A stretch of 61,254 bases of DNA, the filler included, from Sphacelaria rigidula (Eukaryota): assembly GCA_964200075.2 (NCBI GenBank). It is 8 parts of 8 records of this genome, joined end to end, with 100 filler letters (N's around TTAATTAATTAA, not from the genome) between each part and the next. Parts side by side here need not be neighbours in the genome. Positions count along the whole stretch, not along the records: positions 7,671 to 15,240 come from CAXNAA020014296.1; positions 15,341 to 22,910 come from CAXNAA020014297.1; positions 23,011 to 30,579 come from CAXNAA020014298.1; 5 more parts are not named here. One strand, written 5' to 3'. The position numbers were made by a program, and so were the translations under genes. The notes beneath the pieces are model-generated. The model had not been told where the DNA came from and ran no database searches. It saw only the letters and a list, made by a program, of their open reading frames with translations. Every line of letters starts with the position of its first letter. The stretch's first letter is position 1. This document shows, piece by piece, positions 13,198-25,245 of this stretch.

Positions 13198-14524
13198 GTA
13201 CGCAGATCACAATACCAATGGCCTCCCCTACCACACACACAAATCATCCCCGCCGACGATAGCATGAACATGGGTTGTTCGCTTTTGTGTATGGGATCTA
13301 TCATTAGTTCGTACCTAGTTTTTTTCGATCCAATCCCCCTCTAGAAACAAACATGTACCCGAGACACACGCCTTTGAAAGATGATCTTCGCGAAATGGCC
13401 TTGGCCCAACTCCAACGTGTTACGATCATCCGCGCTTCATGGTGGTTGAAAATACTACTGAGTTTCGGAGTTTTACCTCGCCGGCAGCTGTGAGGTATCC
13501 CCCCGTATCTCCTACAGTCCGACGAACTCATAAAGGGGAGCTGTGTGATGTCGTTTGATCAACATTAGAAGCAGCAGATTAAGGTTACTCGGACGCCCCC
13601 GCCCCCCCTTCCCCCCTCACAAAGGAAAGCAATAAATAAAACGTTATCTCAAGGACTAGAAATATCGTATACCACATCTCCAACTTTAAAGTCAGTTTGT
13701 CCTCCAGATCTTGCAAGCAAGAGGGGTGCGTCGCCGGCCTTGTTGCACACTAGGACATCACGATCACGGTATGAGGTCGCGATTTTGGTGAATTCGCCTT
13801 TGCACTCTATCCTTTTCAAGATAGTTGTACCGTTGCACTTTCTGCCCTTCACACCCAGAATTCGCATCCTGTCCACCTACAAGCGTATCTTTCACGTACA
13901 AAATTTTTCCAAAAAGACCACATCTGGTCTCCTTTTCTGCATGTATAGTATGCATTCTTGGCGGGTCAGCTCCAGGGGGGGCTTACTGTATCACCTCCTC
14001 CCCTTCTCTGATGACTGACATACTACGACCTTGATCCGCCTTCGATCGATTTTCACAAAGCGAGCTTTCTGTGAAAGGAAAAACAACGTGTTACGTAGGA
14101 GCCACCGAATTTTTTTTCTCCCAAGCCCAGTTTCGGAGCCGACGTTCACGGCCACAAAATTCGGGCACTTTATTCAACTGGGTTTATTAACCCTTTGGGA
14201 ACCCATTAACGAATATTTTTTTTGTGAATCGGCATCGCTTTGACTTGAAAATGACTGAAAATGATGCCGATTCACAAAAACAGCAGTCTTCAATCGGTTA
14301 CTAAAGGGTGAATCACCCAACACCCCCCACCCACCCCCCCCGCCCCCAGAAAAAAACAAGCAAGCGAAGGCCACCAAAACATAAAGAACAACAAAAGCAN
14401 NNNNNNNNTTTGACTTGAAAATGACTAAAAATGATGCCGATTCACAAAAACAGCAGTCTTCAATCGGTTACTAAAGGGTGAATCCCCCCCCCCCCCCCCT
14501 CCCCCCGCGCGCGCGCCAAAGAAA

Positions 14525-15150
14525 ATACTGGGATGATCAAAACCGACTCGTAAATACAGGACTAAGAGCAGAGTCAGGAGTATACTCATGAAGACAAGTA
14601 GAGACCGGACTGAGGAGATCGCGAGAGCAATATTATGTAGAGAACATGCCAAGAAGAGGATCACCAAGCGTAGTTGATAAGGCTGTATGGAAGAAAGGGA
14701 TGAAAAGGCAGTCTGGAATAAGACGGGAAATCGCAGTCGAGAAGGTATGAAAAGACACAGGAGGAAACCAAGTAGATCATGTCCTTAGGTGAACGTGGGG
14801 GGTACAAGACAAAAATGAGAGACATGCATGATAAAAGGAACGGAAAACTAGCACTGAGACGAAGATGGACGAGGAAGAGCACCCGAAAATATACGGGGCG
14901 TTAAGAGAATGAAACCATATCTGCATGGCCCGATGGACAACGCGAGAAAGTTGGAACTGCGATTTCGGGGGAGGGGGGGACCTGGACCCGCCAGAAAGAG
15001 GAAGGAGGTATACCAGTAGTCGGGTGGAGGAGGAAGTAGATGCACAGGAGGATTGCCCCTGGTGCAAAGCAATAGAGAGTAGAACTCATACAGCGAGAGA
15101 ATGTGAGCTATACAAGGAGGAACAGGACGTATTAGGTATAAGGGGGGGAG
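14525..15150 (+). mobile_element. Degenerate LINE 3' region with a C-terminal Cys/His zinc-binding motif
   Basis: Broken frames read MKPYLHGPMDNARKLELRF / GDLDPPERGRRYTSSRVEEEVDAQEDCPWCKAIESRTHTARECELYKEEQDVL, which contains the C-x2-C..E..H...EC motif typical of LINE ORF2 C-termini. Confidence 0.75.
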
Positions 15151-15167
15151 TGTGTTAACTACACGAA

Positions 15168-15240
<73 letters not shown>
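15168..15240. repeat. (GTT)n microsatellite running into the contig end
   Basis: About 24 perfect units. Confidence 0.98.
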
Positions 15241-15541
15241 NNNNNNNNNNNNNNNNNNNNNNNNNNNNNNNNNNNNNNNNNNNNTTAATTAATTAANNNN
15301 NNNNNNNNNNNNNNNNNNNNNNNNNNNNNNNNNNNNNNNNTTGCAGCCTCTGGACACAAGGCATTGCAGCCGTTGTCCTCTCGCCCGGCAAGCTACAAGC
15401 TACGAGCTACCACCTTTCCCCCGCATCATCTACCGTCAGTCGACATTGAAAATCTTGTCGAAGTACCTGTATCGGTTGTACGCTGTACAAACATTCTAGT
15501 CTCAGTCACATTTTCGAACACAACATGAAGAGTACCATGTA

Positions 15542-16558
15542 CTTCCTCTGTCCAATAAGAAAAGTCCGATATAATCACACGGACCCTTAGCCGTGTCCGA
15601 TGTCGCAGGCGATAATTGTTTTGAAATATTTGATGTTTTTTGGGTTGAATCCCGTTTTTGTTTTGTTTTTCTACGCACTCCCCGGCTCACGCGACCGTCC
15701 GAAAAAAAAGTAGGCGGCCCAAAAAAGGCCATATTTAGGCTCTTTTGCAGGGGCAAAAAAGTGCTGAAAAAAACAATGTTACCCGCCCTCGTCGTAGCTA
15801 GGGCTTGCCGCTAAGTAGTCCCAGGCCTTCGTGAAGGTATCCTTATCGTATTTTACCACCCTTTCCAACGTTCCTGCCCTCTGCCGCACCCTCACCCCGG
15901 AATGTTCCACACTAAAGTCGTTGTCGCCCAGCTCACGTAGTGTTTGGTTGTAAACCTTAAAGGGGCTCTGCCAAACCCGCTCCAACGTGTCACCGTCGTA
16001 CTCCTCGTACTGCTTGAAGATAGTCTCCACCAACTCGTCTATCGAACTTGCATTCATCCCCCATACCCTCGACTTAAGAGATGTGAAGAAGCCCAAGTCG
16101 TTGACGTTCAAGTCAGGCAACTGTGCAGGCTGCGTGACTAGCTCCGTCATGGGGCCTAGAACGCCCTTGGGCACCCTCGAATTTCCTGGGGGAATGACCA
16201 TCGCTATCTCCATCGCCATTGCATACCGGCGGCCCAACGACACATCTGCGCCCCGCTTACGTTTGGGGGGGGTCTCCATCGTGGTTGTGGGGGTAATGGG
16301 CGTTCGATTGCCCAGAAAAGCAAAAGCTCTCAATATAATTCTCGAAACGAATCCTCAAAAATATCTCAAATTCCCGCCAAAATGCCCACTTTTTGACCCA
16401 ATAATTCTCAGTAATTTCGATTCAGATTTTTTTTTTGTTGAACGAGCATCACCATGTCAACAGCTTTTAAAAAACCCTAACCATAGCATCGTGGGCAACT
16501 CCATTGGCGATATACGATGTTTCCCCCATAACGGACTTTACTTATGGGACAGGGGAAG
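15542..16558 (-). mobile_element. Internally deleted mariner element (plant-type/DD39D-like, Stowaway-like TIR)
   Basis: 27-bp TIRs CTTCCTCTGTCCAATAAGAAAAGTCCG and CTTCCCCTGTCCCATAAGTAAAGTCCG (3 mismatches), with TA at 15540-15541 and 16559-16560. A transposase ORF lies inside. Confidence 0.92.
15779..16279 (-). pseudogene. Truncated mariner transposase: N-terminus fused in frame to the C-terminal third
   Basis: METPPKRKRG..VLGP is joined to ELVTQPAQLPDLNVNDLGFFTSLKS..IDELV..GDNDFSVEH, a variant of the QPPNSPDLNVLDLGFF motif. The first two catalytic Asp regions are missing. Confidence 0.85.
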
Positions 16559-16899
16559 TATGAAGAAAATATAATGGAACATTTTGCTGATCAGACCCGC
16601 AACAACATGGCAACACAAAACACGATCATGGGAGTTTGGAGTATTGAAGCCTGAAGCCTGTCGGTCTGTCTGGTGACGAGTCACGCCACATGGAGCACTT
16701 GCGAGCAACTGGCTGCAGGGGGCGCATTTGTTTTTCGCAAATGTTTGCGCGTTTTATGCGCATCATGTGTGCGTTTCAAACAGGTTAGGCGCGTTTCAAG
16801 CGTATTTAGCTGGTTATGAGCTTTGCGATGAAAGTGCCTATTTTTCTTTATTTTAGCTCAGGCGCGAAGAGAATCCGCACCTCGCGTCAGATGACGCCG

Positions 16900-18000
16900 A
16901 AACTTGGAGAATATGTAGATTGGTATTAGAGGAAGGTGTCACAGTCCCGGCTGCAGCAGAGGAAGTCGCTAATGGCCTCGTCTGCATTGACACGGTGGAT
17001 ACCCACCATTCGTGGGAGTTTATTTTTCCACACTCTGCTGTCTGATGACGATAATGGTGGGTACAGATGTGACGTATCCTACCGACCTCATCATCAATCT
17101 TCGCCCAGTTATGAATGAACGCGCGAAGAAACCCAGCCAACAAGCATCGTTTATGATCCGCTATATATGTGAGGGTTGGGAGCTGGACGTTTCCGCTCCG
17201 AAAACGTCGACAGTCGAAGGTCATGCACCTGTCGCGCGACCAGTGGGTATTGCCACGGACCCTTGCCAGCGTACCCGACACTGGGGGCGACATCCCGGTG
17301 CAGACAGTCCAACCACTACCGGGACGGCCGTGCAAACAGGCTGACAGCCGGGATGGTCGTTGCACTGGTGTTCTTCTAGCGTTATCAATTGAGAATACCT
17401 CCGCACAGGCTTTGCACGTGAATCCTTCGGTGATTGCCTCACTTCTACTTTGGCCATCTGCTGTGGATTATTTCGTGATCTCACCGGCTCATATATATAG
17501 AAACGTATCACACCCTGCACAAGTTCGCCGTGCACTACCAGGACGCGGCCTCTTTTCAGTAGCAACCGCTGGCGATGTGTACTGTGACGGGTCTCGTGCG
17601 TGATGGTGCTTTTGACACCTCCGCACACCGCCCGTGAAGCGAGCTCTTGATGCTGAAAGTGCCCACCCCTCTTTCCGGGATGATCTCCACTCTTGGTCTG
17701 AGACAATTGAAACCGTGGAATATGACACCACCTACTGTAAGGTACATCTTCTCCCACACAAATGCCTTCATGATATGGAGAAAGAAAAACACTGGAAGTT
17801 TGTTGTTCAGCATGTAAGGCCGGCCGCTTCTCAAGACGTGTCTTGATAGAAAAAAATCGACACGAGAACTTGCGGTCGAATCGAATTGGTCGCTACGAGG
17901 CCGTATCAGATACGTCCACGGCATTTATGTTCTCAGATGGCTTCAAGTTCATTCAATACTTATTCGCGCGCGACAGGCAGGATCAACAGAAAAGCTTAGC
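16900..18000 (+). pseudogene. Possible decayed DNA-transposon coding remnant (CACTA/Plavaka-like?)
   Basis: Broken coding-like frames include KVHLLPH..HDM and LRSNRIG..VSD..FMFSDG, loosely like the K.H.L.H region of such transposases. Weak. Confidence 0.25.
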
Positions 18001-19653
18001 TTTTTCGAGCGAAACGAGCGGCGTGAATGAAAGGAAGCGGCACTTGACTCCTATGTTGCAGACAACCATGCCAGATACCATCCCCTCACGGGACTATGCA
18101 ATACCCACATGGCTCATTCGCAGCTACCAACTCACCCCTGCAGCATAGCTCACGAGCTGAGCACACGGATACACACACTGCAGCGAAAGTGAACCGACAC
18201 CACAATCCTCTTGGCATGACGTGTTTTTTTTTTGTTGGCGAAAACTTGGGCATATATAATTTTGTGGTAAGGTCCACTGACGGAGTTGCGTGTTGGGGTG
18301 GGCAATCGAATTGCGAACAAGCTCATGGACAGTAGGGGCAGTGCAAAGCTGCACGTGATTCAAATCTCCGTCACATCCTCCTGTATGCAAAATAAAGACA
18401 GCTCTGCGATCTGTACTTCACGTTGCCCACTTCTTTTCTACATCGCGCCTGCATGCTGTACGAAACACCAGTGAACAAGTACCGCTTGACGATTTTCATT
18501 TAACCTTTTCCATCCAAAGCCCACGAACTCGCTCGGACCTAATCACAGCAGAAAGAAGTCACCAAAAAACGTTCGGGCGTTCGACTTGACTCAGGGACGT
18601 TTTTGGGAGATGTCAGTTTTCAAAGCTCCACCTTATTCGGCCAACGTTTATGCCAACGAATCTCAAGAAGCGGGGTGAATAATCCTTCGAGTTGAGCGTT
18701 GTACCTTGGTACACTACGGAAGACAGTGCAGGACACTCCATCAGTACAGTACATGAGGATGCCGTGTGGTAGTACATGATGGCACAGTCGGTATTGCGAG
18801 AACAGTGAACGAACAGTGCGCGAGTAGAGTTCAGCAGTGCGGTGCCTTACATCACCCTGCAAGCACAGCGACAAAAGAGTAGGAGAGTACAGTGTCGTTA
18901 ACCATAGTGACACATATGGCAGCGCAGCGAAGCATAAACTATTACCATCGCCGCAGGGTACGGCGTCAGCACTTGTAATGCGCTTGTCAGACCTCGTGCA
19001 AAGCTGCTTCAGCAGCTGGCGAGGGCAGGCACGCCCTGCGCGCTGTCACGAGACTGTTTGCTGCTGCGGTTGCAAAAATATCAAACGCCGCGTACCGTAC
19101 CATTGTACGAGTACGTTAATGCACGTGCATCACCTCAAAATAAACGGGGGTAGTCACGATTTCGGAACGGTTTCCCCCGATGTTTTCGAAGAAATCGAGG
19201 AACACCGTTTTGAGATCGTGACACTTCGACTTTTTCTCCCCCGATGCTCGAAAAGTCGAGATTGGTAACTGCCATCAAATATGGTCTTGCGGAAAACATT
19301 CTAGAGATGTTTACACCCGAGGCCATCATCCAGCCGGCGTGTAGACGGTGGTGGTTGTCATCATTTGCATTTCGTGCTTGTGTCACAGGCGGTACTCTAA
19401 CGCATAATCCCGTCTAGATACAGGACAGATGGGATGGCAACACGCGCGTGCACACACACCCTCTCTCACACACACGCGTACGCACGCATGGAGTATTTAC
19501 TGGTATAGTAGGGATCGAAATGGCAGGCGTATCAACCCTTACTTCAGTCGACCGTCGGTTGGTACAGTAGCAGTGTCGCAAGCGCGCTTTGTCCCCTGGG
19601 AACATTTAGCACAGCAAACACCATCGAGTCGAAGATCACAGTTTCGGCATCTA

Positions 19654-20279
19654 CGAGCTGGGCCGCCCAAGAAGCCACCAGAAATGTTCAACCGCATTTT
19701 CTGCGCACAATTTTGGATCGTTTTCGATGAAAGTTTGACACGATGTACAGGACATATGTGCGAATACCGAATTTTTCCTCCTGGTTTGTTTTTCCTTCTT
19801 CGTGAGTTATTGGCAATTTTGTTCCGGAAAGACTGTTCTGAAATGTTGCGTCGCGAAGAACTGACGAAGAAAGGAAAACAAAGACACGGGAGGAACGAAG
19901 GGGTGTTTGCACATACATGCGTCTTGCACATCATGTCAAAAGTTTATCGAAAACGACGAAATATTGAGCTCGGGAATTGTGCTACAGCTTGTGCAGCACG
20001 ACGCGGCACAAAACTGACTATGACCGGAAATCCAATATCAGCCGGGTTTTTTTTGGCGAATTCCGCCGAACATAGCAGCCTCAACTCTTCACACTTTCGC
20101 ACTTGACTACAATTTGATATTTTGTTTGATGAGACCTTGTCGGATCGAAGTGCTACATGAATTTGACGACGCGCGCTGATTTGCCGATTACCACGATGTG
20201 TCATAGTAGGCACAACTCGCGATACATCGTCAGTCAGAGCGGGTTGAAGGAAAGTGAGCTTCTTGGGCGGCCCAGCATG
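19654..20279. mobile_element. Tc1/mariner-type MITE with TA target duplication
   Basis: 19-bp perfect inverted repeat GCTGGGCCGCCCAAGAAGC at 19657-19675 and 20258-20276, with TA at 19652-19653 and 20280-20281. A related terminus lies at ~37781-37810. Confidence 0.8.
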
Positions 20280-21922
20280 TAAACGGCCGGCCTTCCAAAC
20301 GTTGTACAGGCTGGTTCAGGGTGAACAACCGGATTTACACCAATTTTGCACACTTGTACTTTAAAATATTCAAACGGGCTGTATCAAAGGGGCCTTTCGA
20401 TTTTTTTTTTCAACATATTTTGCCAGAGATCCGGAATCTCAGGCGGGGAAATCACTCTCCCCCTCTTGGGACCCCGGATATCTGGCGCAAAAAACAAGAG
20501 AGAAAAAACGGCATTTTTGCGGCCCTTCCAAATATTTCAGAGGACCCAGATACAAGTTTTGGCACAGCACCCACAGATGGATGGGGGCAAGAAATATGAG
20601 CGGCAAGGGTCTCCGACCCATCAGAGCCTTTCAATGTACGGAAATGCGGCGACCTTTCACCGATCAGATGGCATGAACAGGTGGCAGATGACTGGCAAAA
20701 TAGCTTTGTTTGGCCCACAAATTGCGCCGTTGCTAGACAGACAGCTGCTACCATCAATCACTGAGTATACAGCAGCTCCGTGATGCTCAGTTTGTCTGCC
20801 CCAACCTGCATGCACCCGCTTCGCGTGTCTTCCCCGATCACAGCACCCGACTATACTCGAAGTACCACAGAAGACGCATCGGCGAGCTGCACAGCCGTCA
20901 CGTGATTGTTTCAACTTTTTATCGACGGCACTTCGATCCCACCCCAACTCTGTGCAGACCGAAACAAGGAATGCATGCGGCAGTACAACTATTCAGGCAC
21001 TCTCCAGCGCACATGACACCGTGTTCGTCGCAGAGTGTTCAAATGAACAGCACAGCGAAATCCACAGCTTATAAAAAATGGGTGTAGCAAGTGCCTTTTT
21101 CATTTGACGGAAGACGAAATAGCCAACACACCGTCAAGGTTTCAACGGTGTGTAGGCAGCACTGAGTGCCGACTAACAATATTTTTCTGTAGAGATGAAT
21201 GCAATGAAAATAAATCAACTCAAGCAGTCCCAGCGGAAACCGAGCAGTCTTCGCGAAGGTCCGAACACATCACAGCGCAGTGAGAGCTGCAGCACACGAG
21301 AGAGACCATGACCGTGTGTTTGTGGTGCCGCACAGTGATACAGGACATGTTCCATGTGATAGTTCTTCGCCTTGTTTCTAGACGAGTCCTCAATTTGTGC
21401 CAAATGCCGAGTTTTGAACGCTCGGCCATACTCGCGCTTCGAGCGAAAATCTAGTAATATACTTTGAGTAACCCCCTTCTGTGGGATGTGAGCCAAGATA
21501 TCCGGGTCCAAATCCCAAAAAAGGCGTGAACCGTTGGCCGTTTGTGCGTTGCAAGTATACACATGCTATCGGAACCCTAAGGTACGTTATCACAGTTTGC
21601 TACCGAAGTTTTCCTCGTGCGCTCGAGCTCAAATTGAAGGTTTTGGATCACCTTTTCGAGCTACGCAACAAAACCTTGTACAAACGTTCCTTAGACTATC
21701 TCGGGACGAGTTAAATTGAATTTTTCACTTCGAAGTGATCTTTACCGGATTTCGGGTATTTTCCCCCGGAAGCTGGTAGAGAACGGATACACTCTTGAAT
21801 ATTCTTCAACGATTTTCCCCCCATTCATAACACCCATATGTGCCAAACTGCCAAGGGTGAGGATGATCGGAACTCTTCTACAAAGGAGAACGTCAAGAGG
21901 CCTTCTAGGTCTTCGATGCATA

Positions 21923-22100
21923 CCAGCTGGGCCGGCCTGAAAACGGATTCAAGCTCCCGAAGCGATATCTCATCGATATAAACGGGTTGGGCCATGATCC
22001 GCATGTCGTATAAGTCGTCTGATCAATTGGAAGGTGCCCATCTGCTCAAAAATCTGAGCCAATTGTTTCTCCTAAAGTACACCCCATGTCTGTAATGGTA
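21923..22100. mobile_element. Partial MITE related to 1351-2411
   Basis: TA|CCAGCTGGGCCGGCCTG.. aligns with the reverse complement of ~2280-2411. It is cut off by the next element. Confidence 0.65.
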
Positions 22101-22107
22101 ATTCCTA

Positions 22108-22445
22108 CAGGCTGGTTCACGGGAAAAAAAAAAACTCATCGGCAAAACTTCACGCCGTTTTGAGGGGTTAAATCCTGGAACTTTGCACAGGTGTGCTATG
22201 GGTCAATACGCAACTTTGAATGGACGAGGTTTTTTATTTCTTCATTTTCACCGTTTTACAGGGGTCCGTCTTGATCGAAGCCTTCCCGAAAAAACTGGGA
22301 CCCCGGAAAAACGGTGAAAATGAACAAATAAAAAACCTCGTCCACACAAAGTTGCGTATTGACCCAAAGCACACCTGTGCAAAGTTTCAGCGTCTAACTC
22401 CTCAAAACGGCGTGAAGTCTTTCGCGTTTGTGCGATGAACCTTGC
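22108..22445. mobile_element. Foldback/MITE with ~120-bp inverted arms
   Basis: 22147-22267 is the near-exact reverse complement of 22298-22418. The element starts TA|CAGGCTGGTTCA, a terminus also present at 20305-20318. Confidence 0.8.
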
Positions 22446-22832
22446 CGTGCCACGATGAAACGGCAAACTACTAGATTTTAGTATTCAAATGGCGCTCTTG
22501 GACCTTTTTCAACACGAACATCAAAATTCAAGCAGCAGTTAGTCGAGTTTGCCCAAACCACTTTGTGGGGTCCCCTCTTGGGTATTGCGGCGGCAGAACG
22601 TTCGCGAAAAAAATGAAGAAAAAAATGCAGCGCCGGTTTTCCGGGGTCCCAGAATGGATGACCTCGAATAAACGGCTTGGATCCCGTCGGACGCCCGAAA
22701 AACGGTAAAAAAATCAAGGATTGGAAACAACACGTTGATCGAAACCTGCGAAATGATCCATTCGTGCAAGGGTTCAGGGTCTAATTCCTGATGAATGCGT
22801 GAAGATTCGCGCGTTTGTGCGAGGATGTGAGC

Positions 22833-22910
22833 TTAACCCTTTTGGAACGGTTGATGGAAAACTGAGGATTTACAACTGAGGTTTTTCCCACAATAAGTTG
22901 TTTTTCTACA
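22833..22910 (+). mobile_element. piggyBac-like left terminus at the contig end
   Basis: TTAA|CCCTTTTGGAACGG compared with the reverse complement of the 810 end, TTAA|CCCTTTAGGGACCGG. Confidence 0.45.
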
Positions 22911-23540
22911 NNNNNNNNNNNNNNNNNNNNNNNNNNNNNNNNNNNNNNNNNNNNTTAATTAATTAANNNNNNNNNNNNNNNNNNNNNNNNNNNNNNNNNN
23001 NNNNNNNNNNATCAATAGCACCATCCTCAACATAGATGATTGGCTGTTTACAGCACTGCGCAGATACCGCAACGACTTCTTAATGTGAATGCAACAACAA
23101 CAACAACAACAACAAGTTGGTGCAAAACAAGGCGAAACCGTATGAGGTGTCTCAAAGTATGGTAAACACTTGTCCCTTTGAGAAACCAGGAAACTGGGCT
23201 TTTTTCATCCCTCAACATGGGCATACGCCCATGCACTACCGTGCTCATGACCGTGCTTTCGTCCAACATGTGTGTGCACAGTGCTCTGCAGGTCAAAGCG
23301 TCACCAGAAGGGAACGTGAGCGGAGCACAGCATTCGGATTGGGAGGGCGTTGTGGGGTGGAACTCGCATAGCAGTATCAGGGCGCCACGTCTCCAGCTAG
23401 AAAGTACACCCCGACAGCGTAGGGCTTCCCACGGGTCTTACACACGCGCGACCACTGTGCCGTCGTCGGCTTCTCACGAGGTCGGGTTCTGTGCGGTGTT
23501 TACCAAGGACGACTGTTTTTGTTTCTTCTTTTCTCGTGAC

Positions 23541-24254
23541 ATGCCTCGCTTGTGCTGCCACGTCGATTGTTCTACGCGAGCATCGTACGGTCGACCAGAC
23601 ACTCGAATGGCGGAGTTCTGTGTTCGCCACGCGAAGCGCGGTATGCTGGACGTTGTCAATAAGAAGTGCTACAGCGTGGGCTGCATGAAGTACCCATCGT
23701 ACGGACCAGCAGGGACCACTCAGCCGCTGTCCTGCATGGGGCACGCCAAACAAGGAATGGTCGCCGTTGCAAACAAACAAAGGAGGTGCTCATATACTGG
23801 ATGCACTAAGAGGCCATCGTACGGATTCAGGGGAACGAAAAAATCGCGATACTGCGTGCGGCATGCTGAGGACGGAATGGTGCACGTCGTGAGCAAGAAA
23901 TGTGTTCAAGATGGCTGTGACAAGCAGCCTTCCTTCGCTATCGCGGGAGAAACAACAGCAAGATTCTGCTCACAGCATGCCAGTGCTGATATGTTGAATG
24001 TTGCATATAGGAGGTGTGCTCGCAAGGGTTGCAGCAGGCGGCCGTCGCACGGTCGGCCAGGAAGCAGTGCGGCGAAATTTTGTAATGGCTGTGCTGATGA
24101 CTTCATGGTGGACTTGAGACAACCAAGAAGTGCCGGGGTCCGTCGTTTGGCGTCGCCCGCGTGTCCTCCGCCGGTGCAGGTTGACATTGTTCACTCGGGG
24201 TTTCAGCGGTCGCCGTGGGAGTTCAAACGCGTGCAGGCTCATCGTCTGGAGTAG
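23541..24254 (+). CDS. EsV-1-7 cysteine-rich repeat protein, 5 diverged repeats (237 aa from the first plausible ATG)
   Basis: Five C-x4-C..(P/A)S(Y/F/H)..C-x2-H..M..V repeats of 38-40 aa; the fifth has CxxC instead of CxxH. The frame is open from 23178, so the start is uncertain. Confidence 0.88.
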   Translation: MPRLCCHVDCSTRASYGRPDTRMAEFCVRHAKRGMLDVVNKKCYSVGCMKYPSYGPAGTTQPLSCMGHAKQGMVAVANKQRRCSYTGCTKRPSYGFRGTKKSRYCVRHAEDGMVHVVSKKCVQDGCDKQPSFAIAGETTARFCSQHASADMLNVAYRRCARKGCSRRPSHGRPGSSAAKFCNGCADDFMVDLRQPRSAGVRRLASPACPPPVQVDIVHSGFQRSPWEFKRVQAHRLE

Positions 24255-25162
24255 CCTGCGACTCATCCATCGGTACAACTGGACATTGTTGACCCCGGGT
24301 TCCAACGGTTGCTTTGACATTTTGAGCGAGTCAGGCAAGAGAGCAAGAGCATAGTTCCAAAGCTGCCGGGTTCACACGCATAGGGCGACAGGGCTAACAA
24401 TCTACCCCGCGTCTACTACCAGAACGTGTTCGAGTAGAAAATCATGGCTGGAATGTTTCGCTTTCATCCATCCTCACTAGAGCGAACAGTATTCGCACGC
24501 TACCACCAGGACAAATATTAGAGTGCCTGGTTCATCGTAGTAATCGAGGAAATGCTCACCGATAATGTGGGGCTCGGAACGTGTTCTTCGAGTATCATGT
24601 GTTCAAAATACAAAAACATATTTTCGGGAAGGACACTATGATGAGGCGTTGCAAGATATCACGATGTGCGGGTCTGCTCGTAGACTCTGGGTTTCGTGAC
24701 ACGTTGTATCGCGTTTGTTTTTGTCATTATCGTGGGTTCTTGAGCGCGGCTAAAAGTCGCAGGCCCCACCCTTGACACTTTTTCGCTGGCCTTGCTCGCT
24801 TGCCTTGTCACTTTTACTACGCTGGCGCATCGCCACGCTCTGCTCCCATGGCTGCACCTCGGCTGTATTGAGTTAGAGAGCTGCTTGTACGTATACCATG
24901 GTGCTACCAAGTAGTATAAGTCAAGAACTCATTGTGTGCATGATTGATAGCTAAGCTTAAAGATTGTGCCCACGTTGGGAGCTTGGTAAACTGGAACTAT
25001 GATATCCCCTGGCACTCATACTGGGAGATCCCAGTCGATGCATTAGCTACTCTATCTATATCACAATACACCGGGGTGGGCAAGGTGCTGGAGTTTTGGG
25101 CTGAAGCGAGCATGGTGTCAAGTGAAACAGTGACTACTATGACAACTCCTACCGTAACCGCC

Positions 25163-25245
25163 GCACCCCGGTGGTGCAATGGTCCGACTGTCGCCATAAG
25201 GGTGGAGAGAACGAGGATTCGGTTCCCGATGCGTTGGGTTTTCTT
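25163..25245 (+). repeat. tRNA-like head of a probable SINE
   Basis: A-box-like TGGTGCAATGG and B-box-like GATTCGGTTCC at tRNA spacing. A second copy at ~48180-48270 has GGTTCGATAC. No clean cloverleaf. Confidence 0.45.

Noticed and set aside
14238-14490. ~76-bp direct repeat either side of a short N gap
   Set aside because: Both copies lead into a poly-C run and flank a scaffold gap; probably an unmerged contig overlap.
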